From positions 523 through 64,522 of IMG/VR virus record IMGVR_UViG_3300021440_000017: a stretch of 64,000 nucleotides of DNA; one strand, given 5' to 3'. A program made the translations under genes and the position numbers. This stretch comes from a virus. Shown here in pieces: positions 35,274-45,535 of this stretch (the stretch's first letter is position 1; each line of letters starts with the position of its first letter). The notes beneath the pieces were generated by a model that saw only the letters and a list, made by a program, of their open reading frames with translations, was not told where the DNA came from and ran no database searches.

Positions 35274-37229
35274 ATGCCACTCACCTACGAAAGCTCCGAC
35301 GTTTACCTGGAGGAGCGTGACCTCAGTGCCGAAGCGCAACCGGCTCCCACGAGCATCGGCGCACAGGTGTTCGCGTCGCGGCGTGGTCCGCTGGGCCGCC
35401 GCAAGATGACGAGCGTCGAGCGCTTCATCCAGAAGTACGGCAAGCCCGACGCGGCAGTGTCGTTCGGCCACTACACGGGCATCGCGTTCCTCGACGAGGC
35501 CACCGAACTCTGGTGCAATCGCGTGGTAGGTGCCGGCGCGACGTACGGCGGCCTGGTCATGCAGAAGCGGCAGACGCCGCCGGCTGACGCGACCCCGGTG
35601 CTGCGCGGCTTCACCATCGGCAAGCCCGAAGACCTGGACTTCTCCGAGGTCGGCGGCGCAGGCTCGCTGTTCGACAACGTGTTCGCGCTCTGGTGCGAAG
35701 GTCCGGGTTCGTACTCGCAGAGCCTCCGCGTCCGTGTCGTCAGCAACAACCTGCCTGTCGTCACCGGTGTGCAAGCCGCCGACTTCTCGACCGTCGGCGT
35801 CGCCATCGTGGGTGTTCCGCTGAACGGCAGCATCCAGCCGGGCAACTACGGCTACGTGGTCACCGCGTTCAACTCCGTGGGCGAGACACTGGCGTCGGCG
35901 GTTGCCACCGTGGTGATCGCAAGCACGAACACCAGCGTGTACCTCTCGTGGCAGCCTGTCGAAGGTGCCACCGGGTACAAGGTGTACGGGCGCACGAACG
36001 GTCTGGACGGCGTGCTCGGCACCACAGGCGGCGGCACGCTGTTCTTCATCGACCGTGGCGTTTCCGCACCGGATGCCGCGTCCAAGCCTCCGGTGACGCA
36101 GGTGTTCACGAACGAGTTCGTGCTCGAAGTCTACGACACCGAAATCTCCGTGGCGAACCCCGTGGAAGCCTTCGCGTGCTCGCTCGTGGAGCAGGTGGAC
36201 GGCTTCGGGCGCCAACTGGAAATCGAGCAGTCGGTCAACCCGTTCTCCGACTACATCCAGGTGAAGTCCAACGCCCGAGTGTTCGCGCCGAACCCGATGC
36301 CGGTGCTGTACACGACCGCGAAGATCCCGCTGGCCGCTGGCTCGTCGGGTTCCGCTGTGCTCGCCTCGGACATCAGCGCCGGCTGGGACGAGTTCCGCGA
36401 CCCGGAGAAGACGGATGTGCGCATCCTCATCAACGCCGGGTACGCGATTCCGAGCGTGCAGTTGCACATGGACGCGGTGGCTTCGGCGCGGGCCGACTCC
36501 GTGGCCGTGCTGGACGTGCCGAGCACGAAGCAGAAGTCGCAGGCGGCGGTGGACTACCGCAATCTCGACCTGAACCTGAATTCCAACCGCAGTGCGCTGT
36601 ACACCCCGGACCTACTGGTCGAGGACGTGTACAACGGCAAGACCCTGTTCGTGCCGCCGTCCGGGCACATCGCCGGGGTGTTCGCCAAGACCGACCGCGT
36701 GGCCTACCCGTGGTTCGCACCCGCCGGTCTGAACCGAGGGCTGCTGCGCGTGCTCTCCGTGCGCTACCAGTACGACCGTGGTGACCGCGACAGCCTGTGG
36801 CGCGCGCAGGTGAACTACGTGCGGAACTTCCAGGGCCTGGGTCGCGCCGTGTGGGAGCAGCGCACGCTCCAATCGCTGCTGTCCGGCTTCTCGTTCATCA
36901 ACGTCCGGCGTCTCATGGACTTCCTGGCGCTGACGATCCGGCGGACCATGTACGGCAAGGAGTTCGAGCCGAACGACGACATCCTGCGCCGCGAAATCCG
37001 CATCATCATCGAGCGCATTCTCGTCGCCGTGCAGCAAGCACGCGGCGTGAACAAGTTCCTGGTGGTGTGCGACAACCGCAACAACCCGAAGTTCGTGACC
37101 GCACAGGGGCAACTGAACGTGGACGTGTTCGTCGAACCGACGCTGCCGGCCGAGAAGATTCGCGTGCGCATGAACCTCACTCAGCAGGGCGTGGACTTCA
37201 CGGAACTGCTGGCAAACACCGGCCTGTAA
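35274..37229 (+). CDS. tail sheath protein with inserted FN3/Ig-like domain
   Basis: N-terminal VYLEERDLS, VPPSGHIAG, WFAPAGLNRG, INVRRL, DVFVEPTLPAEKI sheath motifs. Confidence 0.95.
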   Translation: MPLTYESSDVYLEERDLSAEAQPAPTSIGAQVFASRRGPLGRRKMTSVERFIQKYGKPDAAVSFGHYTGIAFLDEATELWCNRVVGAGATYGGLVMQKRQTPPADATPVLRGFTIGKPEDLDFSEVGGAGSLFDNVFALWCEGPGSYSQSLRVRVVSNNLPVVTGVQAADFSTVGVAIVGVPLNGSIQPGNYGYVVTAFNSVGETLASAVATVVIASTNTSVYLSWQPVEGATGYKVYGRTNGLDGVLGTTGGGTLFFIDRGVSAPDAASKPPVTQVFTNEFVLEVYDTEISVANPVEAFACSLVEQVDGFGRQLEIEQSVNPFSDYIQVKSNARVFAPNPMPVLYTTAKIPLAAGSSGSAVLASDISAGWDEFRDPEKTDVRILINAGYAIPSVQLHMDAVASARADSVAVLDVPSTKQKSQAAVDYRNLDLNLNSNRSALYTPDLLVEDVYNGKTLFVPPSGHIAGVFAKTDRVAYPWFAPAGLNRGLLRVLSVRYQYDRGDRDSLWRAQVNYVRNFQGLGRAVWEQRTLQSLLSGFSFINVRRLMDFLALTIRRTMYGKEFEPNDDILRREIRIIIERILVAVQQARGVNKFLVVCDNRNNPKFVTAQGQLNVDVFVEPTLPAEKIRVRMNLTQQGVDFTELLANTGL

Positions 37230-37242
37230 AGGAGCAACGAAC

Positions 37243-37752
37243 ATGACGCGCACGAGCTTCCGTGACGTGGCGGGTCTGCCCGACCCGCTGCTCACCTACA
37301 ACTTCGACCTGTTCTTCGACAGCATCCCCGGTGGTGCAGGTCTGGACAGCCGAGGCATCACCATCCGGTGCATGACCACGGCACTGCCAGGCATGCAGAT
37401 CGACCAGGTGACGGTGCCGCTGCACGGGGTCGAGGTGAACTACGCGGGGCGGCAAATCTACACCAAGCAGTTCACGGCGACGCTGCACGAGACACGGGAC
37501 TCCGGCGTCCGTGCGGCGATGCGTGGCTGGATGGAGTTCGCCCGGAACAACCGCAACAACAGCGGCAACTACAAGACGAACTACGCGCGCACCGCCGAAA
37601 TGGCGGTGTACGACGACATCCCGAACGAGATCAAGCGCGTGAAGATTTTCGGGTGCTTCCCGCTGAGCTTCGACGACTTGCAGATGGACGGGAGCACGAG
37701 CACGAGCGCGCAGTACAACGTGACGTTCAGCTTCGACTACACCGAGGAGTGA
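37243..37752 (+). CDS. tail tube protein
   Basis: Follows sheath; DPLLTYNF...YAGR...F.GCFP...F.FDY (T4 gp19-like). Confidence 0.85.
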   Translation: MTRTSFRDVAGLPDPLLTYNFDLFFDSIPGGAGLDSRGITIRCMTTALPGMQIDQVTVPLHGVEVNYAGRQIYTKQFTATLHETRDSGVRAAMRGWMEFARNNRNNSGNYKTNYARTAEMAVYDDIPNEIKRVKIFGCFPLSFDDLQMDGSTSTSAQYNVTFSFDYTEE

Positions 37753-37756
37753 CCCG

Positions 37757-38356
37757 ATGTCGCAACTGCTTGACCAGCTAGTCAGCAGGGGCATCGCGGA
37801 TGTGTCTTCGTCGCTGGGGAAATCAGCGCCGGCAGCAGCAAGAGGCGGAGCGGGTGGTGCGAATACACGTAGCTGGCGAACCGCTGCGCTGTCTCGTGCC
37901 GACCCGCTTCTGCAATTCGACTGGGACATCCACATCCAGGTCGGAGGGCTGACGCACCGGCCGGAGTTCGTCGAGAACATCGTGGTGCCCGGAACCACGG
38001 TGGAAGCGGAGCCGATCTACCGGGCAGGTTCTCGCGTGTACATCGCAACGGTGCACAACGTGGGGGCCGTGAGCATGCGGCTCTACGAAGACATCCAGAT
38101 GTCGTCCACGAAGTTCCTGCGCTCGTGGTTCGGACTGATCGTGAAACCCAATGGCGACCACGGGCTACCCGTGGAGTACAAGGGAGTCATCGAAGTGTAC
38201 CCGACTGATGCACGGGGTACGCGAGTCGCCAAGATCAAGTGCATCAATGTGTTCCCCACGCAGAACCCACCTCTGACCTTCGGGTCCGAGAACGAGCGGC
38301 AGTCACTCGACGTGGAGTTCTCCTGTGACGTGGTGGAGTACGAGTTCTACAAGTGA
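37757..38356 (+). CDS. tail tube-like / baseplate tube initiator
   Basis: DPLLQFDW...YKG.I.VY...VFPT...VEFSCD resembles the tube fold. Confidence 0.65.
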   Translation: MSQLLDQLVSRGIADVSSSLGKSAPAAARGGAGGANTRSWRTAALSRADPLLQFDWDIHIQVGGLTHRPEFVENIVVPGTTVEAEPIYRAGSRVYIATVHNVGAVSMRLYEDIQMSSTKFLRSWFGLIVKPNGDHGLPVEYKGVIEVYPTDARGTRVAKIKCINVFPTQNPPLTFGSENERQSLDVEFSCDVVEYEFYK

Positions 38357-38409
38357 CGGCGGTTCGCCGCTGACCCTAGAGGTACATCATCAACGCGAGA
38401 GGTACGTGC

Positions 38410-39396
38410 ATGTCTACGCCCAACGACAATGGATTCAATCTTCCCGATGACCTGACGACTGTGGACCCCAAGGCCGTCGTCGGTCAACGCAGTGCTGGTT
38501 ACGGACGAGGTGCCTTTGTGACCCGCGTCCCGGAACCCGGCAACAACGGCGACGCTGCCGCAATGGCAGCACTGACTGAGCATCGCCAACCTCCCGACTC
38601 GCAATACCTGGTGACCGGTCTGCCAAGCCTGTGTGCGTTGTATACCGGTTCGACGGACAACAGCATCGGCGTCCGGCGCTTCAACAACGACGACGTGCTG
38701 AAAATCTACGACGCCCGCGCCGAGAAGAGCCTGCGAATGCTCGCGGAAGCCGTGGGCGCCACGCTCGACGGGTTCTCCATTTGGGACCTCACGGTCGGTG
38801 ACTTCTGGTACCTCATGTACTGGCACCGCCTGCACTCGTACCCGAAGAACCCGTTCATCGTGTCCTGGACGTGTACGGCCGATCCGCACCTACAGGACGT
38901 GCGAGACGAGAAAATCAGCGTCAAGACGCTGGAGCAGGAGATGATCCTCAAGAACTCCGATCTGGACATCGTGGAACTGGATGTCCCTGGGTTCACCACG
39001 CTGCTGGAGAAGATCAAGACGGACTTCGGGGTCACCGCGACGGCCATGCGCATGGGCGACTACGTGCGGCTGATCGAGATGGAGGACGAGAACGAAGAAG
39101 CGATGCGCAAGTCCATGGAAACCCAGGGCAAGTCCGTGCCGAAGTACCGAGCGTCGGACTTCTTGCGCGCGCGGCACGCAGCACACCTAAGTTCCGTCCA
39201 CGGGGCCTCGTTGGAGCAGCGAAGCTCAGCGCTGATGACCTTGGCGGACTTCAGCCTCTGGCCGTGGCTCGACAAGGTAGCCACAGGGTCTGAGCACGGC
39301 GTGCGGGAGACCTACGGCGTGCGCTGCGCAGTGTGCAACACCCGAGCGGAAGTGGAGGTGGCGCTTGATGCGCTGACCTTTCTTCCCGAACTATAA
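38410..39396 (+). CDS. tail/baseplate assembly chaperone (T4 gp26-like)
   Basis: LPS, LTVGDF.YL...R..SY, terminal CAVC...L..L.FLP; upstream of tape measure. Confidence 0.65.
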   Translation: MSTPNDNGFNLPDDLTTVDPKAVVGQRSAGYGRGAFVTRVPEPGNNGDAAAMAALTEHRQPPDSQYLVTGLPSLCALYTGSTDNSIGVRRFNNDDVLKIYDARAEKSLRMLAEAVGATLDGFSIWDLTVGDFWYLMYWHRLHSYPKNPFIVSWTCTADPHLQDVRDEKISVKTLEQEMILKNSDLDIVELDVPGFTTLLEKIKTDFGVTATAMRMGDYVRLIEMEDENEEAMRKSMETQGKSVPKYRASDFLRARHAAHLSSVHGASLEQRSSALMTLADFSLWPWLDKVATGSEHGVRETYGVRCAVCNTRAEVEVALDALTFLPEL

Positions 39397-39406
39397 GGCA
39401 TCGGAC

Positions 39407-39580
39407 GTGTTCGACCGTGACTACTCGATCATGGCGAAGCTGCACGTCGCGTTGCCCTTCGACCGCGTGAGCTTCCAGCGGTTTCTGTACATCAGTGACT
39501 GTGTAGCCCGTGACCTCAGGCGGGAGGAAGAAGAGATGCGCAAGCTGCGCGCTCGTCAAGCTGCGGGCTTCAACCGGTAA
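39407..39580 (+). CDS. small chaperone partner (gp51/gpT-like), +1 frame relative to upstream gene
   Basis: Open frame 39377-39580; GTG at 39407 with TAAGG SD; ...RFLYISDCVARDLRREEEEMRK; not in ORF track. Confidence 0.6.
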   Translation: MFDRDYSIMAKLHVALPFDRVSFQRFLYISDCVARDLRREEEEMRKLRARQAAGFNR

Positions 39581-39592
39581 CGGAGAACGATC

Positions 39593-42052
39593 ATGAGTGA
39601 AGACGCGCTGATGGCTCGCGCTAAGGCCTTCTTCGAGGGCAAGTCCAAAGGCGGGACCAAGCTCAAGGGTGACGAAGACCCGGAACTCCAGACGTTCCTG
39701 AAGAGCCTGGAAAAGCAGGTGAAAGCTGCGCAGAACGACAAGGACTTCAAAGCCAGTCTCGTGCGCACGCTGGCCGTACTCGAACGGGAAATCCGCAGCC
39801 GTCGTGACGCCGCTACGCCCGGAATCGTGAACGCGGCTGCCGCATCAGGCCAACGGTTGTCCGGTGACGAAGTGGCTGCGCAAGCGTTGCGTGCGGTGCC
39901 ACGTGAACTCCGGTACCTACAGTCATCGGGTCTGGCCTTGGTTGCCGCGCTCAACGGCAACTCGAAGATGACCGAGAAGGAGCTGCGCAAGTTCAGCGAC
40001 CGTAGCTCGGCGTTCGCCGCGGGCATCGACAAGCTGCGCACCTCTGGTCCCAAGGGTGCGGACTACGCTCAGGAACGTGGAGCCGGTGGTATGTCCTTGA
40101 CCGAGCGGTTGCAGCAGCACCGTGAAGGTCAACTCATGGACACGAAGCGCCATGAGGAGCTGCTGAAGAAGCTGGACGAGACAGCGGATCGCGGAGACAA
40201 GCGCAGCAAGGAGACGTCAGACGCAACGAAGCTTGGGCTAACCGCGCTGTTCGGTCCGGCGGCTCCGTTGTTCCAACTGTGGTTCGACGCCAAGGAAGAC
40301 TGGAAGCGCATGCGTGGCGACACCAAGTCCACGCTTGACACCCTGAAGTCCAAGTTCCGATGGGACCGTGCTGAAGCCGAAGACGAGAAGAAGTATGAGC
40401 GGAGAAAGACCTCGCTGTGGGAGCGCATGCTCGGAGCACTGCGCCGGCAGTCTCAAGGAGAGTCCGGACGCGGCATGCTCGGATCGTTGTTCGGCGACGG
40501 CCCAGGTCGTGGACGCATCGGGAGAATCGCACGTGGCGCTGGCCGTGTACTTGGGAGAACTGTTCGTGGCGCTGGTCGGCTACTCGGTGCAGGTGGCCGT
40601 GGGCTAGCTGCCATCGGCCGGGGTGCCGTCGGACTCGCTGGTCGTGGCCTCGCTGGTATTGCGGCCTCTGGTGCAGGAGCGTTGGCAGGTGCAGCGACAG
40701 CCGTGGCCGGAGCCGGGTACGCCGGGTACAAGGCTGGTGAGTGGCTGAACGACAACGTGCTAACCGACGAGCAGAAAGAGGCGATCGGCAACGCCATTGG
40801 CCCAGCTATCGACTACATCATAGACGGCGGCAAGTCCGTAGGGTCTGCTTTGGCCTCAGCGGGGTCGAACATCGCAGGGTTCTTCGACAAGGTGGGCTCG
40901 AACATCGGCATCGGCTTGTTCAACGTGAAGGAAGAACTGGGCAAGAAGTTGGATGATGCCGGCACCACCGTGAAGAAGTGGAGTGACGATGCGAAAACGA
41001 ACCTCGCGGACTTTTGGGACGCCTTCAAGTCCCGTGCTACGAATAACCCGGTGGTCAACAACGTCCGCGACTTTTTCAATCCACAAGCCGGCGGGAACAA
41101 GCTAGACCCAAGCCAGATGTCAATGGGGGAGCGCGCAAGGTCTGCGGTGAGCAATCTCGTGGATCGTGGTGCTTCCTTCTTTGGCGGCGGTTCTGGTGGG
41201 CGCATGCAAGAGGCGCTAGAAGCACAGATGACGCGCTCGGGTATCACAGACCCGAGAGAGCGAGCCATGATGCTGGCACAAATGAGTCACGAGTCATCGG
41301 GCTTCAAATCCGGAGAAGAGTCTTTCAACTACCGTGATGCGGACCGGTTGGCTTCGGTATCTGGACAGGCACGCAAAGCAGGCCCCGCTGCCATACAAGC
41401 GGCCATGGCAAAGGGCCCTGAAGCGATTGCCGAACTGATGTATGGCGGCCGCATGGGTAACGTAGACCCAGGTGACGCCTACAAATTCCGTGGGCGTGGA
41501 GTGATCCAGCTAACCGGACGCGAAAACTACGAGAAGTACGGCAAGAAGCTGGGCATTGACCTGTTGTCCAATCCGGAACTTGCCAAGGACCCGGAAATCG
41601 CGGCGAAGATCGCTACCCAATACTGGCAAGACCGCAACCTTGGCTCGGCTGCACGGGCTGGTGACGTAACAGCGGTGACACGCGGCATCAACGGTGGTAC
41701 TAACGGGTTGGCCGATAGGCAAGCTCGCTACGACTACTACATGAAGCAGCAAGGTGCAGGGCCAGCAAACGCATTCGCTACGTCAACGGCAGGTGCCGGC
41801 CGCGCTGGGTTCGCGGGCACTGCGCTGGACCCGAGAAGAACGGACTACGCGGCTGCACGACCTGCTGGGGTCCCCGGCTACGAACGCGCAGCCGCGAACT
41901 CTGGTAGCCCTGTGGTGGTTCAACCGCCGGCGCCAGCCGCAGGTTCAGGTGGTGCCACGACCTCCAGTGCGAACAAGGTGGGCATGTCCAACTCGGACTT
42001 CTACGTGGACGACCTCGGGCTCATCATCATGAACCGTGGCTACAACGGCTGA
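39593..42052 (+). CDS. tape measure-like protein with C-terminal GH19 lysozyme/chitinase domain
   Basis: Helical N-terminus, Gly/Arg-rich repeats; AQMSHES, FRGRGVIQLTGRENY, INGGTNGLADR. Confidence 0.85.
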   Translation: MSEDALMARAKAFFEGKSKGGTKLKGDEDPELQTFLKSLEKQVKAAQNDKDFKASLVRTLAVLEREIRSRRDAATPGIVNAAAASGQRLSGDEVAAQALRAVPRELRYLQSSGLALVAALNGNSKMTEKELRKFSDRSSAFAAGIDKLRTSGPKGADYAQERGAGGMSLTERLQQHREGQLMDTKRHEELLKKLDETADRGDKRSKETSDATKLGLTALFGPAAPLFQLWFDAKEDWKRMRGDTKSTLDTLKSKFRWDRAEAEDEKKYERRKTSLWERMLGALRRQSQGESGRGMLGSLFGDGPGRGRIGRIARGAGRVLGRTVRGAGRLLGAGGRGLAAIGRGAVGLAGRGLAGIAASGAGALAGAATAVAGAGYAGYKAGEWLNDNVLTDEQKEAIGNAIGPAIDYIIDGGKSVGSALASAGSNIAGFFDKVGSNIGIGLFNVKEELGKKLDDAGTTVKKWSDDAKTNLADFWDAFKSRATNNPVVNNVRDFFNPQAGGNKLDPSQMSMGERARSAVSNLVDRGASFFGGGSGGRMQEALEAQMTRSGITDPRERAMMLAQMSHESSGFKSGEESFNYRDADRLASVSGQARKAGPAAIQAAMAKGPEAIAELMYGGRMGNVDPGDAYKFRGRGVIQLTGRENYEKYGKKLGIDLLSNPELAKDPEIAAKIATQYWQDRNLGSAARAGDVTAVTRGINGGTNGLADRQARYDYYMKQQGAGPANAFATSTAGAGRAGFAGTALDPRRTDYAAARPAGVPGYERAAANSGSPVVVQPPAPAAGSGGATTSSANKVGMSNSDFYVDDLGLIIMNRGYNG

Positions 42053-42064
42053 CGAGGAGCAATC

Positions 42065-42910
42065 ATGCCAGGTATAGATAGGATAGTAGGTGACACAGGT
42101 AGCAACATTCGAGAGTCGCAAGACTATCGAGCACAGGCCGCTGCTGAAGAACTAGCTGCTCGTGGGCTCAATCCGAACTACTTTGCGCGCCTTGTATATC
42201 AATCGACAGCCGGCGATGACCCGGGCGTCATCACGCTGGCGCTACCGGAGAACTTCCAGTTCAACTTCAGTTCGAGCTTCGACCAGCCGTTCGCGCAAGG
42301 CATCGTGAACGCACCGGGGTTGTCGCAAGTGACGAAGTTCTTCGGCGCGTCGCTCACGTCCCAGTCGATGTCCGTGCAGGTGTGGCAAGGTTCGTCGTGC
42401 CCCGAGTTCAACCTCACGTTCCAGTTGATCGCGGAAACCGATTCCGTGAAGGACATCTTGCTGCCGGTATCCAGACTGTCGCGGCTCGTGGTGCCCGGCG
42501 TCGTCGGCGGCTTGCTGGCACCACCAGGACCGCGTCTGGACCCGAAGAAGGTTGCGGAAGCTGGCGTAGTCGCCGCCAAGTCAATCCTCGGTGTCGGCGT
42601 GCAGGGTGGTGGCATCGCCGGCGTGCTGACCGGCGGCTTCGAGGGCTTCGTACCTGCGCTGTCCGCCACGGCAACGAACATCGGCAACGCGCTGGACGGC
42701 ATCCTCAAGGAACCGGCCAACAACGTGACGCTGCACATCGGTCGGTTCTTGAAGTTCCCGTCGGTCGTGATCCAGAACGTGTCGCAGACGTACGACACGG
42801 TGTTCGACAAGCGTGGGCTCCCGCTGAAAGCCAGCATCGACATCACGCTCAGCACCTGGTACGTGCCGGTCAAGGACGACATCAACACGATCTTCCAGCT
42901 TCAGGGGTGA
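42065..42910 (+). CDS. baseplate/tube initiator protein
   Basis: VQVWQGSSCPEFNL.F...VVIQNVSQTYD...PLKA.I.ITL; position. Confidence 0.65.
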   Translation: MPGIDRIVGDTGSNIRESQDYRAQAAAEELAARGLNPNYFARLVYQSTAGDDPGVITLALPENFQFNFSSSFDQPFAQGIVNAPGLSQVTKFFGASLTSQSMSVQVWQGSSCPEFNLTFQLIAETDSVKDILLPVSRLSRLVVPGVVGGLLAPPGPRLDPKKVAEAGVVAAKSILGVGVQGGGIAGVLTGGFEGFVPALSATATNIGNALDGILKEPANNVTLHIGRFLKFPSVVIQNVSQTYDTVFDKRGLPLKASIDITLSTWYVPVKDDINTIFQLQG

Positions 42911-42913
42911 CGC

Positions 42914-43294
42914 ATGCCTACGAACAGCAATGAACGTCGAGCCTACGTGCCGCTGTCGGTACTCACCGACGCTGCCGGCGCACTCGAACTGAGCCTGGAC
43001 CTGCTGAGCGCCACGTACTCGAACATCCACGACCAGAACATCAGCTCCCAAACGTACCAAGTCACCGAGAGCGAAGCCGGAGCCCCTGATGCCATCGCTG
43101 ACAGGTTCTACGGGGACTCACGGCTCTGGTGGGTGATCTGCACCTTCAACTCCGTGATCGACCCGTACACGGAAATCACTGCGGGGAAACGCCTGTTGAT
43201 CCCTTCGCTGGACGAGGTGATGCTGTATCTCACTCGTGACGACGTGTCTGCGTCCTCAACGTCAAACCGCGTCGGTTCCATTGGGGTACTCTGA
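42914..43294 (+). CDS. baseplate wedge protein, LysM-like (T4 gp53 / P2 gpX type)
   Basis: PDAIADRFYGDSRLWWVI...N...DP...G..L.IP. Confidence 0.8.
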   Translation: MPTNSNERRAYVPLSVLTDAAGALELSLDLLSATYSNIHDQNISSQTYQVTESEAGAPDAIADRFYGDSRLWWVICTFNSVIDPYTEITAGKRLLIPSLDEVMLYLTRDDVSASSTSNRVGSIGVL

Positions 43295-44466
43295 TGCTCC
43301 GGATAAAGCAAGACGTATTCCTCGGCTTCGTCATCGGCGGTGTGGACTACCCGCTGGAGGCTACTGGGTTCAACTCGCTGAAGATCGTGAGCTCCCGCAG
43401 CATCTCTGTACCCATGGTCGAGATGGAACTCGTGGATTCCTTCAACTTCTTCTCCGAGAAGGTGACGCTGGCCGACGGTGTGCAGTTGAAAGTCCTGCTT
43501 GGTACGTCGCAGGAAGAGTACGACACCATGGTCTTCCGCGTGTTCTCGTTCTCGGACCCGAAGGCCGGTGGTAGCACGTCCGTGAAGATCATCGGGTACC
43601 TCGACGTTGTGGCCTACTACATGGCTACCGCGAACAAGCCAATCTCGGGCACGAGCTACAACGTGCTGAAGGCCATGGCTGACATGGCTGGCATGACCTT
43701 CGAGGGGGACGCAACGTCAGATGACCAGGTGTGGATACCCGGCAACGACAGGTACTGCCAGTGGGCGCGCAAGATCGTGGCACATGCGTACGGCAACGAC
43801 ATGAGCCTGATGGCGCTGGCGGTGACGCCGCTCAAGGTCATGCGGTACCGCGATGTCATGGCCCTAGACGTTTCGGGTGACATGCCCGCGTTCGTCAACG
43901 GTGACTCGCGTCCGAAGTCCAAGATTTTCCAGATGCGGGACTCACACTCGCTGTCTCGCTCCGGGTCGAACAACGCCAGTGGGGCATACGGTCATCGCAT
44001 CGTCGTGCAACGAGCGAACGCCGAGCTACAGACCGTACGCGATGCGATACGGTACAAGCGGTTCGCCTCGTTCACGAACGTCGCCAAGGACGTGCGAGAC
44101 GCTGTGAAGAACGCCGAAGGGTCGCCGGGCGTGCTGAACACGCAGTTCTCGCCCATCGAATGCGGCAACGTGCACGAGCACTACTGGGAAGCGCAGTACC
44201 AGAACGCTCGGCTGTCTCGCCTGTTCTCCACAGGTGCAACGCTGCTCGTCGAAGACCGGACGAAGATTGAAGTCCTCGATCCGGTAAAGTACATGCCGAG
44301 TTCAGCGCCAGGTGCGACAGGCGCTGAAGCCAAAGAACAAGTGCAGGGCATCTACGTGGTGACCAGCAAAGCCGTGGTCGTGCAAATGGGCAACTACTTC
44401 GAGCGCTTCGAGTTGTACACGTCAGGTCCAAGCACGGACCCGGCAGCGCTTGGCAATCAGGAGTGA
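43294..44466 (+). CDS. baseplate hub protein (gp27/gpD-like)
   Basis: Size and position between LysM protein and spike; terminal GIYVVT. Confidence 0.7.
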   Translation: MLRIKQDVFLGFVIGGVDYPLEATGFNSLKIVSSRSISVPMVEMELVDSFNFFSEKVTLADGVQLKVLLGTSQEEYDTMVFRVFSFSDPKAGGSTSVKIIGYLDVVAYYMATANKPISGTSYNVLKAMADMAGMTFEGDATSDDQVWIPGNDRYCQWARKIVAHAYGNDMSLMALAVTPLKVMRYRDVMALDVSGDMPAFVNGDSRPKSKIFQMRDSHSLSRSGSNNASGAYGHRIVVQRANAELQTVRDAIRYKRFASFTNVAKDVRDAVKNAEGSPGVLNTQFSPIECGNVHEHYWEAQYQNARLSRLFSTGATLLVEDRTKIEVLDPVKYMPSSAPGATGAEAKEQVQGIYVVTSKAVVVQMGNYFERFELYTSGPSTDPAALGNQE

Positions 44467-44469
44467 CGG

Positions 44470-45147
44470 ATGAGCACGACAGGGATGGTCGATCCGCTGG
44501 AGCAGCAACGGAGTCGCAACGACTACGACGGCCAATTCTTCCTCGGTACTGTGGTGGACAACGAAGACCCGCAGAAGGAAGAGCGGCTGCGCATTCGCAT
44601 TCCGAACCTGCTAGGGGAAGAACTGTCCGACACTGAGCTACCGTGGGCACGTCCGGTGAAGCACCGCGTGCGTGGCAGCAATTCCCAGGTACAGTCGCTG
44701 TCGGTCCCCGTCGTGGGTTCCAAGATGATCGTGGTGCTGCAAAACGGTGATCCGTACCATCCGCTGTACCTGGGCTCGCTGCTGGTGGGCGCTGATGTGG
44801 CCTCGGTGCTGACAACGAACTACCCGAAGCGGTACGGACTCCGCGACGACAAGGGCAACCACATGTTCGTGGACACGCAGACCGGTGACATGGAACTCCG
44901 GCATTTCTCGGGCACCACGCTGAAGATCGTACCGGACGGCTCGGTGTCGGTCACGAGTCCGAAGAACCTGACAGTGGCCTTCGACGGCAACGCCAGTGTC
45001 GCTGTCAAGGGCAACCTGTCGGCAACCGTGGATGGCAATGCCAGTGCCGTGGTCAAGGGCACTCTGGATGTCAAAGCTGATGGCGCAACGACCATCGAGT
45101 CTTCCTCGGGTATCACGATCACGGCACCGACCGTGGACATCAACTAG
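44470..45147 (+). CDS. baseplate central spike (gp5/gpV OB-fold plus beta-helix)
   Basis: GTVVDNEDP...R.RIRIP...LPWA...PVVGS.M.V.L.NGDP..P.Y.G; VxGN repeats. Confidence 0.9.
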   Translation: MSTTGMVDPLEQQRSRNDYDGQFFLGTVVDNEDPQKEERLRIRIPNLLGEELSDTELPWARPVKHRVRGSNSQVQSLSVPVVGSKMIVVLQNGDPYHPLYLGSLLVGADVASVLTTNYPKRYGLRDDKGNHMFVDTQTGDMELRHFSGTTLKIVPDGSVSVTSPKNLTVAFDGNASVAVKGNLSATVDGNASAVVKGTLDVKADGATTIESSSGITITAPTVDIN

Positions 45148-45155
45148 GAACCACC

Positions 45156-45533
45156 ATGGCCGCGACGTGGATCGACGTTAACAGCAACTACGGCATCACC
45201 GTGGCCGGTGGTGAACTCGCCCTCGATGTCATAGCCGTGAAGAACAGCATCGAGAACATCCTGAGTACGCCAATCGGCAGCCGGCCGTTCCAACGGGACT
45301 ACGGTTCCAAGCTGTACCACTTCCTGTTCGAGCCGGGTGACGCGATGACCGAAGAGGACATTCGGGTGTCGCTGATCCAAGCTCTCGGTAAGTGGGAGCC
45401 ACGGATCACCGTGGACGCACAGCGCACCGTCGTGAAGCAGCAGGGCTCGGCGGGCTACGTCATCGACGTGCATTTCACCATGGTCGTACCGCAGACACGC
45501 GAGTCCGTCCAATTCGTAGCAAAGAGGATCTGA
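45156..45533 (+). CDS. baseplate wedge subunit gp25/gpW-like
   Basis: SIENIL.TPIGSRPF.RDYGS.L..FLFEP...WEPRI. Confidence 0.9.
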   Translation: MAATWIDVNSNYGITVAGGELALDVIAVKNSIENILSTPIGSRPFQRDYGSKLYHFLFEPGDAMTEEDIRVSLIQALGKWEPRITVDAQRTVVKQQGSAGYVIDVHFTMVVPQTRESVQFVAKRI

Positions 45534-45535
45534 CC

